Of a stretch of 64,000 bases of DNA, positions 12,020-25,837 are shown one piece after another. Position numbers and translations under genes: made by a program. The notes under the pieces were generated by a model. That model made no database searches, had not been told where the DNA came from, and was given only the letters and a program-made list of their open reading frames with translations. Numbering within the stretch: the stretch's first letter is position 1; every line of letters starts with the position of its first letter. Location: assembly GCA_028826165.1 (NCBI GenBank), contig JAPDFW010000056.1, forward strand, positions 496,001 through 560,000. The letters run 5' to 3'. The stretch is from Anaeramoeba ignava BMAN. Lineage: Eukaryota > Protista > Anaeramoebae.

Positions 12020-15000
12020 ATGTCATTTGAAAAAATAAACCCATTTGATAATCATAAACCAAATGGAAATCAACTTTCTACACTTTGGAATCAAAGAAAA
12101 ACAATTCAAAAACAAGTAAAACAAAAAATAACAGAAAAAAAAGCAAAAAAAATAATATAAAATTTATCCATCAATTTTCAAATATCAAAAAAAAAATAAA
12201 AATAAATATAAATTAATCAATAAAGAGTCTACTTTTGAAATGGTTTCTTTTATTTGCAAAAGTTTTTTTGCAAAGCTATAAAGTTTGGAATCCTCCAGAA
12301 ATTATTTTTGAACCTCAAAAACAATCAAAAAAGCAAACATCTAAAACTTCAAAACAAAAATTATCAACAAATAAAAAACAACAACAACAAGAATTACTTT
12401 TAGCAATACAAAGCGATGCAGCACATCCTCCTGATTTTATGATTGAAGTTATAAACACACTTTTATTATTTAAAGTGACAATAGAGAGTAAACTGAATAA
12501 TTTAAATTATTTATCAAATTTAAATTCAAATTATTTATTAAATTTAAATTATTTATTAAATTTAAATTATTTATTAAATTTAAATTATTTATTAAATTGA
12601 AATTATTTATTAAGTTTAAGTTATTAATTAAATTGAATTTATTTATTAAATTGAAATTATTTATTAAATTTAAGTTATTAATTAAATTGAATTTATTTAT
12701 TAAATTGAAATTATTTATTAAATTTAAGTTATTTATTAAATTGAAATTATTAATTAAATTGAATTTATTAATTAAATTGAAATTATTAATTAAATTGGAT
12801 TTATTTATTAAATTTAAATTATTTATTAAATTGAATTTATTAATTAAATTGAAGTTATTTATTAAATTTAAATTATTTATTAAATTTAAATTATTTATTA
12901 AATTGAAATTATTTATTAAATTAAAGTTATTTATTAAATTGAATTTATTTATTAAATTGAAATTATTTATTAAATTTAAATTATTTATTAAATTTAAATT
13001 ATTTATCAAATTTAAATTATTATTAAATTTTAAATTATTTATTAAATTTAAATTTAAATTAAATTTAAATTTAAATTATTTATTAAATTTAAATTTAAAT
13101 TATTTATTAAATTTAAATTTAAATTATTTATTAAATTTAAATTTAAATTATTTATTAAATTAAATTATTTATTAAATTTAAATTATTTATTAAATTTAAA
13201 TTTAAATTATTTATTAAATTTAAATTTAAATTATTTATTAAATTTAAATTTAAATTATTTATTAAATTTAAATTTAAATTATTTATTAAATTGAAGTTAT
13301 TTATTAAATTGAAGTTATTTATTAAATTTAAGTTATTTATTAAATTTAAATTATTTATTAAATTTAAATTATTTATTAAATTTAAAATTATTTAAGTTAT
13401 TTATTAAATTGAAATTATTTATTAAATTTAAATTATTTATTAAATTAAATTTATTTATTAAATTGAAATTAGTTATTTATTAAATTTAAGTTATTAATTA
13501 AATTTAAATTATTAATTAAATTGAAATTATTTATTAAATTGAAGTTATTTATTAAATTTAAATTATTTATTAAATTGAAGTTATTTATTAAATTTAAATT
13601 ATTTATTAAATTGAAGTTATTTATTAAATTTAAGTTATTTATTAAATTGAAATTATTTATTAAATTGAAATTATTTATTAAATTGAAGTTATTAATTAAA
13701 TTTAAATTATTTATTAAATTTAAATTATTTATTAAATTATTTTAAATTATAAATTTAAATTTATTTTTAGAAAATGTTTTTTCTGATGTTGGATTTAAGA
13801 AAAAATCAATTGTAAAATCTCGTAAAAAATTATATCAAGATGTTGAAGAAAATATATTTTTTCAAGCTGGAGTTTCTCTTAATGTTGTTTCTATTTTATG
13901 TCGTTCCAAAATTAATCAAGAATTTCTAATAAAATTTGAACTCTTAACAATTTTATTAGATTTTTGTCAAATTTGTGATTTTTCTTTAAATTATATTTCT
14001 TCAAAAGTAGGATTGAAAAAAAAAGCAAATTATTTCAAAATTATTTAAAATTTATTTAAAATTTATTTAAAAATTATTTTAAAAATTATTTAAAAATTTA
14101 TTTAAAAATTTATTTATAAATTTATTTAAAAATTTATTTAAAAATTTATTTATAAAAATTATTTCAAAAATTATTTAAAAAATTATTTAAAAAATTATTT
14201 ATAAATTTATTTAAAAATTTATTTAAAAATTTATTTCAAAATTTATTTAAAAATTTATTTAAAAATTTATTTAAAATTTATTTAAAAATTTATTTTAAAA
14301 TTTATTTAAAAATTTATTTAAAAATTTATTTAAAAATTTATTTCAAAATTTATTTATAAAATTATTTAAAAATTTATTTTAAAAATTTATTTAAAAATTT
14401 ATTTAAAAATTTATTTAAAAATTATTTAAGGAAAAATTCCCAACTTCTTTATTCTATCAAAGATTATTTCTTATCCAATTTTTAACAAGTTCAATTCTTG
14501 AAATATTCTTTTTACTTTTTGATCAAAATAACAAATATTTCAAAAACAAAGCTAATACAAAAATTCCAGATGCAACTAGTTTAAATTTTCTTCGCAAATC
14601 AAATTTTATTGATTTTTTAATTAGTAAATAATTTCATATTTATATTTATTATATTTATTATATTTATTATATTTATTATATTTTGGAAAATTTAGTTCTT
14701 TTTGAAAAATTTTGTCGACTTCAACAAATATTTAAATTTACTCAAAAATCACTTGATATTATGTTTCAATTTGTTCGTTTAACAGGAGTTTTTTACAATC
14801 TTAATATTCTTAGTGACATTCAATTTGAACGTATAACAAAAATATTATTATCATTACTTAAATCTCCAGAAACAAACATTCCAAGTCTTGGATTACCATC
14901 GAATGTTGTTCAATTATTTAAAACAGGGAAAAAAGATCAAATTGATTCAAGTTTATTATTTGATGATTTTGGAACTGATTTCTATGATTTTCAAACATCT

Positions 15001-18000
15001 CCTATTAGCAAAATGATTCTTCATAACGAAGAGATGAATGATATGGTTAAAAATCATATTGAATTTCAAATCAGAATTCTTGTTCTTGAGAATATTCTCC
15101 AATTTATCAAATCAAAACCACATTTGGAATCAAAAATTGCTTCTCAACCAGAATCTCGTTTAATTGCTAATTTTGTTCTTTGGGTTGCTTTTACATTTCC
15201 TTGTAAAGAATCTGCTGATTTTATGAAAAACAACCAGGAAATTATTAAGAATTTATCTGATACTCATGGATTTGAAATGATTCCAAAAATTGAACCAAAA
15301 TTAAATACAAAATTTCGAGCAACATTTTGGATTGAGTTTTGTGATAATAATAATAATAATAATGAAAATGAAAATGAAAACCAAAAACCTCGTTTTGTAA
15401 CAACCAAAATTACATTTCTTCGAGATTCGAGTGAAGAATTTACCAGTAAAAATGAAGATGAAGAATTTCAGTTTCGTTTGGCTTTAAATAATCGTATTTA
15501 AAATTAAAATTCATTTATAAAATTTAAAATTCATTTATAAAATTTAAAATTTAAAAAAAAAAAAGCACTTAAATTATCAAATATTGTTTCAATAAACTCT
15601 GCTTTCCATAAAGATGATTCAAAACTATGTGCAAAACCCATTTTTCAAGATTTACCAAATAATCCATATTTAGATCAACTTTTCCACGCTCTTAAAGAAA
15701 TTTTTTCAATAAGCAAATCAAATGAAGATAAAAATAAAGAAATACCAAATAAAGAACAAGAAAAATCACAACCAAAAAAGAAATGGAGACTTTTCCATAG
15801 TAAAAAACAACCGCAATTACAAAATCGAGAAAATAATCAAGTTTCAAATATAGAAATTGAAGAACGAGAAATCAGCATAAAATTTAGTGATTTATTTTAT
15901 GATTTAATACTTTATATTTTTGAGCCAAATCAAGATTTGAAAAAATATCAGAAATATATCTGTTATGTGTATCCAGAACTTCAAGCAAATATAATCGAAT
16001 TTTTTGGGAATATTGTGGATGATAAATCAATGGAGTTTTTCCGAAACAAAAATATTTGGTCACTTTTCTTTTCTGAATTTTTCAATTTGGAAAGAAATAA
16101 GGTAGAAATATTTAAATTTAATTAATTAGTTAATTATTTATTTATTAAATTTATTTTATTATAAAAAAGAATTTTGTTGGACCAACTGAAGCTAGAGATT
16201 TATTTTCCTTATTAACTCTCTATATTAATCATTTCATTGTTAATTGCATTCTTCGCGATCGTAAAAAATTTGATATCATTTCATTGATTGATTTTGTTTA
16301 TAAAAATCAAGAAAATTTGGACATTCTCCTTCAAGTTTGCGAAATATTCATTTTGGCACTCAAAACAAACATGTCTGTTGCACAAGATCTTTTATACGAG
16401 AATGGAGGGTTTCGGTTTATAACCCACACAACAACATTTCTACAGGAAATACAGACTAAAATAATAAGAAAATTTTTCGTAATGCAAAATGCAAATGAGG
16501 CAAATAAAGAGGAAAATCGGATCAAGAAAGTTGATCCGATAACAGCACAAATATTCATCAAACAAACATTTGGGTTTCGTGTTGAGGAATATCAGGAGGC
16601 GCGGATTAAGCTGTTTGAATTGGGAGATTATTTTCTGGGATCGGAAAAAATGAGGAACAGAGCGTTTGGAGAACGGAGATATATTGACATGCTTTTGGGA
16701 AATTTAACAGAATCTGAAACAAAGAAATACTCGTTATATCATTTAAGCTCGATGATGCGCATTGTGCCAAATAACGACGAGCTGCGGTACCAGCATCTAT
16801 TCTCGAGTTATATGACAAAAATCCTGCTTTTAAATCAATTGGTTTCTTTTTTCCCCCGTTCGCCAAATGAAAAGCAATATATAACGGATTTGATAAAGGA
16901 TATGCTTGTGTATGCGAAGAACACAATACTACAAAACCGAGAGGTTTTGCAAAGAAGATTCATTCTTGCAAACGCGTTTTCAGTTCTTTCTGCGTTACTG
17001 AGCAAGCCCGATTTCGCGGATTTGCTTACGAATGAAATTTTAAGATTTCTTGCAGAATTGATGTCGAAAAATCGAGACTCAATCGATAAATTTGAAAAGG
17101 AAGTGGGACATAACACTCTGATTGTACTACTTCAAGAGTCTCACAATCCAACACAAGATCAATACAACTTGCTGTTTAATCTCCTTGTAAATAACGGCAG
17201 TTTCCATGAAGAAGAAAATTTCACGATTGAAAATATGCGGATTGTGAATGTTCTTTTTAATGTTTACACAAAAAAACGAGAGAGCGGAGAAGAGAAGTTA
17301 GGAGATCAAGAGACAGAGAGAAAAGAGGAGTCTAACAACAATCAACCTCAGCAGATACGGGAGGTGATTCTTCCCTACTTTGAAAACTTGGTTGACACAT
17401 TTAGTATCATATGCACAAAATCAATACATAACACATCTTTGTGCTGCGATGCAGGGCTTGTTCATTTCCTCATTCAGCTCATGCCCGACATCGCTGATAA
17501 ACAAGTGCTGGTAAAGACAGTGCTTCTGTTCTCGATCCTCGGCTCGCACAGAGTTTCTGTGAAGGAGCTCAAGCTTTTCTTCTTTGTGATCAAGCAACTA
17601 CTTGAGAAACAAGAAATCAAGATCACAACAACATTACTTTCAGGATTGCAAAAAATACTTAAAAAATCCAAAGAGGGACCGAGTTCCTTCTTCGATTTCA
17701 ACGGAAGACACTCATGCATTGAGGTTCCCACAATCGAAAAGTGGCCTACAAACAAGGGTTATACATTCTGCACATGGATCCGTGTTGAGTCGTTTGATTC
17801 CCCGCTCAATAAGCCAAGTTACCAGCCGCGCATCTTCTCGTTTTTAACAGAAAAATTGACGGGAATTGAGCTTCTGTTCACACCAAGCGGACTGTTTGAG
17901 TCGCAGCAATATCAAGGACCCATTCTTTTACTGCGCGTTCTTGGCACAAATGATGTGCAAAAATTAACCGCTCCTGTGGATATTCTTCCCAGAAGATGGT

Positions 18001-21000
18001 ACTTCCTTGCAGTAACTCATTCAAAAGATAGATGGTCTTCAATGGGAGTTGCTTCTCTTTTTATTAACGGAAAATCCATTGTTTCATCTCCGCTCAAATA
18101 TCTCGTCACAAATGAGAAATTAAGCAAAAACAAAATTGGATCAAATTTCGACATTTTGACAACAACTGTCGATATTGGAGAGAGTCCCTTTTACGGACAA
18201 ATGGGGATGATATATTTCTTTGACGAGGCGCTAACACCAACACAGATATCTGGTATACATCAACTCGGCGCGGATTATAAGTCTTTTTTCTATCCCTTTG
18301 AGCTTGCTCACTACGAAATAAATCCTGCAATTTCATCCGTGTTAGACGGCTCGCTAACAAGCAAAATCTCAATCGCATATGCCAGCCAAGCAACCCATCA
18401 GGGTGTGTGCGCTAATCTTAGTCCTCACAAGTCAATCGATGCGCCCGCTTTGCTTTATTCAATGGCAGAGTGTGTGTCTTCTTCAGTAGATGAGAATCTC
18501 TATTGTATTGGAGGTTTTCGCGTTGTTCTTCCTTTACTTTCCCATTTGGATCATAATGTTCCCGATGACAATCAAAACCCACCCTCTAAGGATGGCGAGA
18601 TCAAAATCTGCGAACAACTCTTCGACATTCTTGCAGATTTTCTTGTCAATAATCCTGCCAATCAGGATGACATGCTCCGCACATTTGGATTCTCAATTAT
18701 TTCTCATCTTGCCAAAAGAATGGATTCTCGCAATTTTTCCAAAAATGTTCTTGAATCCATTCGCAGAATCATTCTCGGCGTAAAGAACCCTCTTCTTCTC
18801 GAAAGACTTGTGTCGAATTTCTTGATGGATTTCGACATCTGGATATATTGTCCATTCAAGGTTCAGAAAAAATTAGTATCACTGCTTTCTTTATTGATAA
18901 CTTGCAGACAACAAGAAGACAACCGAATCCTTATTGGAGTGCGCGAGCTTCTTGATATTCTTCGGATCTATTACTGGACAACACCACACAAGAATTCGCG
19001 CGCAAAAACAGACAAAGTTCATGTGGATACTGGAGCTGTTATTGGGCGGCGTCCGCAGTTATCTCAAATCACAGAAATCCGCAGAATGCTTTTCCATTTG
19101 GCTGAGCTTATTGTAAATGTAACAGACGATCCAATTTCAACAAATGAGAATTTTTTCCATCTTGTCATCTCCTTTTTCACTTTCGAAAATCTCGATGAAA
19201 TCAAGGAGCTCATCATGCTTGTTCAGAGACTTCTAACCAAAAATCTCTACAAATTTGTGGATGTTCTTTCCTCTCTTGGATACATGGATCCCTTTATTAC
19301 GCTTCTCAGCGAATCCAACGATCAAGAAATCCGAGAGATTTGTCTTAATTTGATTCAAAGACTCGATCTCCATTTCAAAACATCTTTGTCGACCACATCC
19401 AAAAAGAAACTCAAAATAACTTCCCGAGTTTCTCCACAAAACGGTTTCGGTGTTCTTCACAATGCAATCACTAAGAACAACCTCACAAAACCTCTTTCAC
19501 AAACTCTTCTTTTGCTTGTTGCAGACACCACAAAACAGCAGCAATCCAAGAAGATTTTCCTTCAGAATCCCTTTATAATCAAGACAATTGTGCATCTTGT
19601 TTCTTCTTCCCACAACGAACTCGGCGCATATACTTTGCGTGTTTTGAAAGACATCATCCTGCAAAATTACAACAACAAAGACATGATCATCCAGCAATTT
19701 GGCTGGCAGAAATGGTTTCTTGAATTGATTGATTTTTCTGAGAATTTGGAAATTGCTGATTTTTCTGAAAAGCAACACGAAAAAATAAATAAACAAAACT
19801 CAGAAGACGAAAAGAACACAAAAAATAACTCTCAAAATTATCATGTTTCTCAACTCTACAATTCATCTATTCTGCTTCTTTTCCGTGATATTCATTTATT
19901 CGCAATGAAAAGCGACAAAAACGGCTGGAAAACATTCGATCAAACCCTAAGTTTCATCAGACTTCTCTCATTTTCCAAAGAGCAAAAATCACAAGATCTT
20001 GTCGAAACTCTTTTTGCTCACATTCTCGATGAAATTCTTCTTCAAACCCAAAAGAAATTTTCCGATCCAACAGACACAAAGTATCAAATGAAATGGATCG
20101 GAAATCTAAAAGAGAACTTGATTTCTTTCATCCCAATACTCGAGATATTCGCCATCGCGAAACAAAACAAGACCCAACCGCAATCGCCTCAAGTTCCTCA
20201 CCAGAAACACCAACTTACATTCTCAACATCTCTTCCTCATATCACAGATCCAATGCAGAACAACTCAAACACATTGAAACCGAAATCCAAATTCCGGCAA
20301 AACTTCGATCTTACAAAATCTTCCACTTTGAGCCCAAGTTCAATAAGAAAACGCATCGTAATTGATAAGTTATTTGACATCAAATATTTGTATCTCATGA
20401 AGAAGGCAATTTCGTGTATGGAAAGACTTCATTTCTTTAGAAGCAAGGGCATCAAAATCGCAGAAAAGCGAAAATCAAAAAGAATTTATAAAACAGCTCT
20501 TCTTTTTCTTCTCTTTATTATCCAAGAATCCGACTTCGAAGATGCAAAACCTCATTTCCATATCTTCTTTTCCTATTTGACAGGCTCGTTTTCGTTTGGA
20601 AATTATCTCGAAAAAAACAAAGAACTTCTCGACATCGCCTTTCTTTTTCTTTTCCGTTCTTTCGATAAAGAAAAGGAACGAATTGGATTGGAAGTTGAAA
20701 AAGAAAAGTTTCTTGAAAATCTCGAATCACTTGAAATTGAGAAAATTCTCGCCAAAATAAAGGAGCAAGAAAAGAAAAGAAAGAGCAAAGCAAATTCTGT
20801 CCAAAAAAGCTCTCAAGTAACACCAACACAATCACAAAAATCCGAAGCTTATGGAAAAGCAAAAACACCACAAAAAATCAATGATGAACAATCCGAACTC
20901 GTTTCGGATTTCAACGAAAACCCCAAAATTCATCCTAAAAACGAAACGGAAACAGAAAGCGAAAACGAAACAGAAAACGAATTCAAAATTTCCTTCACTT

Positions 21001-24000
21001 CGACAGATGAAAAGGAAATTGAATCTCCAAAAAGTCCACTTCAACAACGACCCAAAAGGAAAAAATACTACACAAACATAACAAACACCAAGTTAGACAC
21101 ACAAATATCGAGCGAAGACACTGATCAATTTATTGAAAAACAGATTGAAAATAAAAGCGCTCTCGATACAGACCCAGCAAAAACACAACAGGATCTTTTC
21201 ATCAAGCAAAAAAACTCAAATTTAAATGAAAACACAACTTCTCTTGATGAAGACCAAAACGAACATAATATCATCGAGACACGCTCATCAACTTTGAGTC
21301 AAAATACCTCAGATAACGATAAACCAAAAGAACACGAGCAAATCCTCAAGCTTCGCTTCCAAAAATTTGGATATGACAGTACTGAAGACGAAAGCGATAC
21401 TGCTGACAACGAAACAATATTTGACCAAATTCACATCCCAGTTGCTGTTGAAACTCCAAGCGAAAACGATATCGAAAAAATCTCTATTGGGAATGAAAAT
21501 GAAAATTTAAACGAAAATTTAAACGAAAATCTAAATGAAAATGAAAATGAAAATGAAAATGAAAATCTAAATGAAAATGAAAATTTAAATGAAAATCTAA
21601 ATGAAAACGAAAATCCAAATCCATATGAAAGTGAAGTTTCTTTGAGTAGTGAAACAGGATTGGCTCAAACAATCCAATTCAATTCCAAAATTGAGATGAT
21701 CATGATATGCTTGAATTTAATTATGAACATTTCAAATGGATATTTTATCAAATCAATGCAATCGGAATTTGTAAATCTTCCTGATCCGAGCGAATCTGAG
21801 ATCAAAGATCCAAATACAAACATCAACGTAGAAACAGATCAAACACAAGAATTCATCACATTCAAAGAAATCACGCGAATAATTTTCTCACAACAATGGA
21901 AGTACGCGATGAAAATATACTTTGACAAATTAATGAACAAGATCCGAGCAAATCTTTTGAAATTTAAAGGGAAATGGGAGAAGGCACAATCCCACAATAT
22001 GTCTGTGATTCAAGATCGGATCACCAAAGAATATAATTTCCTGCGAACAACAACAAAGAAAATCACGCAAGAAATGCAACAAAATCTGTCTCAAATGGTG
22101 GAAATCGAACGACAAAGAGTGGATCAATTAGACGATGAATACAACAAAAAAATCCGCTTCAACTCACAGAAATGCACCCGCATTTTGCGGGATTTGGTAT
22201 ATGGACGCGGACCCTGGGGATTCAATCCCTATGTTCCAAAAAGTCAATACAAAGAACTATTTTGGAAATTGGATAAATCCGAAGATAAAGTGAGAAGAAG
22301 ACGAAAATTACGAATAAATTACAATTTCAATAATCATTACGACGCCTCAATTCTTCGTGATGAGAGAGTATTGCATGTTGCAGAGAAGCTTGTTGCAGAT
22401 ATGCAAATCAAACTTGCTCAACAAGCAAAGGAGTCTCTTTCTGTATTAGAAAGGGTTTATGCAGGACAAAAAGGAACTAAAACAAATGAAGACAATGAAG
22501 ATAAAGATGATCATGAAGACGAAGATGATCAACAACAACAACAACAAGAAACATCATCTTCATTGCGCAAAAAAGAAACATTATTTAAAACAAATTGCGA
22601 ATTGATTTCTCCATTGAAAAAAACACCAGGAATCCTTGAAATCACAACAGTATCGCTTGATTTCTTTGTGAATCACAAGGAAATTGAAGAAAAACAAATT
22701 TCCAAAGACGATATCAAAGATAAGGATCATTCTTGGCCTGTGGAAACAATTTCGGGTATTTTCTTCCGCAGATTTCTGCATCGTAAATCTGCACTTGAAA
22801 TTTTCTTTGAAAATAAAAAAAGTGTTTTTCTGAATTTTCCACCAAAAACTCGAGCTCAAGTATACCAAAAAATTATCCATCACAAAATTGTCAAGCTCAA
22901 CAGCAAACTTAAAACATCAACAGGATCGCCGATATCTCAACTTAAGAAGTCTAAAATCACGAAGAAATGGCAACGCAGACAAATCTCGAATTTTGAGTAT
23001 TTAATGAGATTGAACACAATTGCAGGAAGAACATACAACGATATTTCTCAGTATCCTATATTTCCATGGGTTATAGCAGATTACACATCCAAAAAACTTG
23101 ATTTAAAAAACGAAGCAATTTATCGAGATTTATCAAAGCCAATTGGAGCACTTGATTCTGAACGAGTCCATTCAATAACCCAAAGATACCGCTCATTTCC
23201 TGATACAGAAATACCGTTTCATCACGGCTCGCATTATTCAAACTCAGGCATTGTGCTTTGGTACTTGATCCGCACAGAACCGTTCACAAATCTTGCAATC
23301 AAACTGCAAGGAGGCGCATTTGACAAGGCGGATCGTCTTTTTGATTCTGTTCCCAAAACCTGGCAGAATCTTTTGGTGAATACATCCGATTCCAAAGAAC
23401 TTATTCCAGAGTTTTTCTATTTCCCAGAATTTCTCGAGAACTCAAACAAATTTGATCTTGGCTTGAAGCAAAACGACAACAAAAACGTAGGAAATGTTGA
23501 GCTTCCGCCATGGGCATCGTCTCCAGAAGAGTTTATCCGGATAAATCGGGAGGCTCTTGAAAGCGAGTATGTTTCTGAACATCTTAACGAATGGATCGAT
23601 CTTATTTTCGGTTACAAACAGCAAGGAATAGCAGCCGAAGATTCTTTGAATATTTTCCATTACTTAACATATGAGAATTTAGTGAACTTTGACAAATTAG
23701 AACCATATGAGATCCCGAGTGTTGAGACACAAATCCAGTATTACGGACAAACACCTGTGCAATTATTAACGAAACCACATCACAAACGGTTTCCTTTATC
23801 GAAAATCAATGCGGAAATTTTTGAGTGGGATCTTTCTCCACCAAACGTGCCGTTTATTCCTTATACAGTCAAGCTCCACGACATCCCAATAGTGTTTTTT
23901 TCATCAGTAGATTTTTCTCGCAATGTGTCCTTCGTCTCTGTTCATGACCGCATTGTGACTCTCGACACAGATCTCATTCTACGCACTTATAAATGTGTTG

Positions 24001-24836
24001 CAATGAAAACACCCCAAAGCGAAGTTCCTTTTACTTTTGAATCCGACGCAGTCGCAAAGACAAAGTCTTCAATAAGCGGTTCTTTTGGTTTTGATCTTGT
24101 CTACAACTCCCACAATCTTTTTGCAGTTATAAACAACGGAAAATTCATGATTAGTGCTGGGCATTGGGATGGGAGTTTCCAAGTGATCAACATCGAGAAC
24201 TCAAAATTAGTTCAATCAATCAACAAGCACAAAAGCATTGTGACATGTATTGCGCATGATTCCAACATTATTGTGACAGGATCAACCGATACCACTGTGA
24301 TTGTATGGGAAATATCCTCAAAAGACTGGAGAGTGAATGAGACCCCAAAATACATCTTATCTGGACATGATGATGATGTCACCTGCGTTGATATTTCCGT
24401 TGATTTGGATCTTGTTGTTAGTGGTTCAAAAGACGGAACCATTATTGTTTATAATCTTCGTGAAGGGAAATATATTCGCACTATTTATCCTCCTGTTTCT
24501 CATACTGTCTCTTTGATTAAAATATCTTCTGATGGTTATATTCTTGCTTTTTTCCCTGGCGAACTTTCTTTGAGACTTTTCACAATTAACGGAAAGCTTT
24601 TGTATTCTTCTTTTTCTCGTCAAATTGTTACTTCTTGGGTCTCTACTTTTGATGACAGATATATTGTTGTTGTGGGTCGTAAAGGTTTTTTGGAAATTCG
24701 AAAGTTTTCCAATTTAAATATTCTTTTTTCTGTTGATTTAAAATTTCCTATTCATTATTGTTCTTTAACTCAAAGTGAAAAATTGATTTTAGCAACTTAT
24801 GAAAATGGGAAGATGTTTGTTGGTTCTATGATTTAA
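12020..24836 (+). CDS. BEACH-domain protein 1 (ConA-like, PH, BEACH, WD40; neurobeachin-like/plant BchB-type), 3595 aa. Exons 12020-12115, 12226-12487, 13771-14006, 14431-14623, 14696-15493, 15566-16101, 16170-24836
   Basis: Six phase-compatible GT-AG introns. Motifs: GYTFCTWIRVE (ConA/laminin-G), RRFLHRKSALEIFF (PH), [75 protein letters not shown] (BEACH), then WD40 repeats. Confidence 0.93.
12488..13770 (+). repeat. 1.28-kb BEACH1 intron 2 made of ~18-nt AAATT(T/G)AA(A/G)TTATTTATT units
   Basis: Visible 18-nt minisatellite between the GTAAAC donor and TAG acceptor. Confidence 0.9.
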
Positions 24837-24849
24837 TTTTAAAATTTCG

Positions 24850-25635
24850 ATATGAATTAAAAATTTAAAATGAATTCAAAATTTAAAATGAATTAAAAAT
24901 CAAAATGAAAATTTAAAATGAATTAAAAATTGAATTAAAAATTGAATTAAAATTTAAAATTAAAAATGAATTAAAAATGGAATTAAAATCAAAATGAAAA
25001 TCAAAATCAAAATGAAAATGGAAATCAAAATGGAAATCAAAATCAAAATCAAAATCAAAATCAAAATCAAAATGAATTCAAAATCAAAATCAAAATGAAA
25101 ATCAAAATCAAAATCAAAATCAAAATCAAAATGAATTCAAAATCAAAATGGAAATGTTTCAAAATCAAAATCAAAATCAAAATCAAAATCAAAATCAAAA
25201 TCAAAATCAAAATCAAAATCAAAATCAAAATCAAAATCAAAATCAAAATCAAAATCAAAATCAAAATCAAAATCAAAATCAAAATCAAAATCAAAATGGA
25301 AATCAAAATGGAAATCAAAATGGAAATCAAAATCAAAATCAAAATTAAAATTAAAATTAAAATCATAATCAAAATCATAATCATAATCAAAATCAAAATC
25401 AAAATTGAATTCAAAATCAAAATCAAAATCAAAATGAAAATCAAAATCAAAATTAAAATCAAAATCAAAATGAAAATTAAAATCTAAATCAAAATCAAAA
25501 TGAAAATCAAAATCAAAATCAAAATCAAAATTAAAATCAAAAATATTTCAAAATGTTTCAAAATTCAAAATTAAAATCAAAATGAAAATTAAAATCAAAA
25601 TCATAATCAAAATGTTCTCAAAATTCAAAATTAAA
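24850..25635 (+). repeat. Intergenic/3'UTR (AAAATC/AAAATG/AAAATT)n hexamer array
   Basis: Starts just after the BEACH1 stop codon. It is the same unit that encodes (NQ)/(NE) runs in exons. Confidence 0.92.
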
Positions 25636-25781
25636 TGTTTCAAAAAAAAAAAACATTTAATTTATAAACTATAAATCAATTTAAAATTGGAATAAAAATG
25701 ATATAATTGTTTTTTTTTTCTTTTTCTGATTTGATTTTTTTAGTTTCAAAACAGAAACAAAAATAAATCAAAAAAAAAAAA

Positions 25782-25833
25782 TTTTCATTTTTCATTTTTC
25801 ATTTTTTTCATTTTTTTCATTTTTTTCATTTTT
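25782..25833 (+). promoter_or_regulatory. Putative Inr-like cluster (six TTTCATTTT units) immediately upstream of the TRAPPC11 ATG
   Basis: Seen directly; recurrent upstream motif. Confidence 0.6.
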
Positions 25834-25837
25834 AAAA

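Noticed and set aside
12488-13770. CRISPR-like or telomeric interpretation of the tandem arrays
   Set aside because: No unique spacers, no cas genes and no G-rich telomere unit; the arrays lie within spliceosomal introns of a eukaryote.
16331-24623. Short antisense and alternative-frame ORFs inside BEACH1 (also in ATAD2, BEACH2, AGL)
   Set aside because: Expected shadows of long, locally GC-richer coding sequence; no motifs or independent signals.
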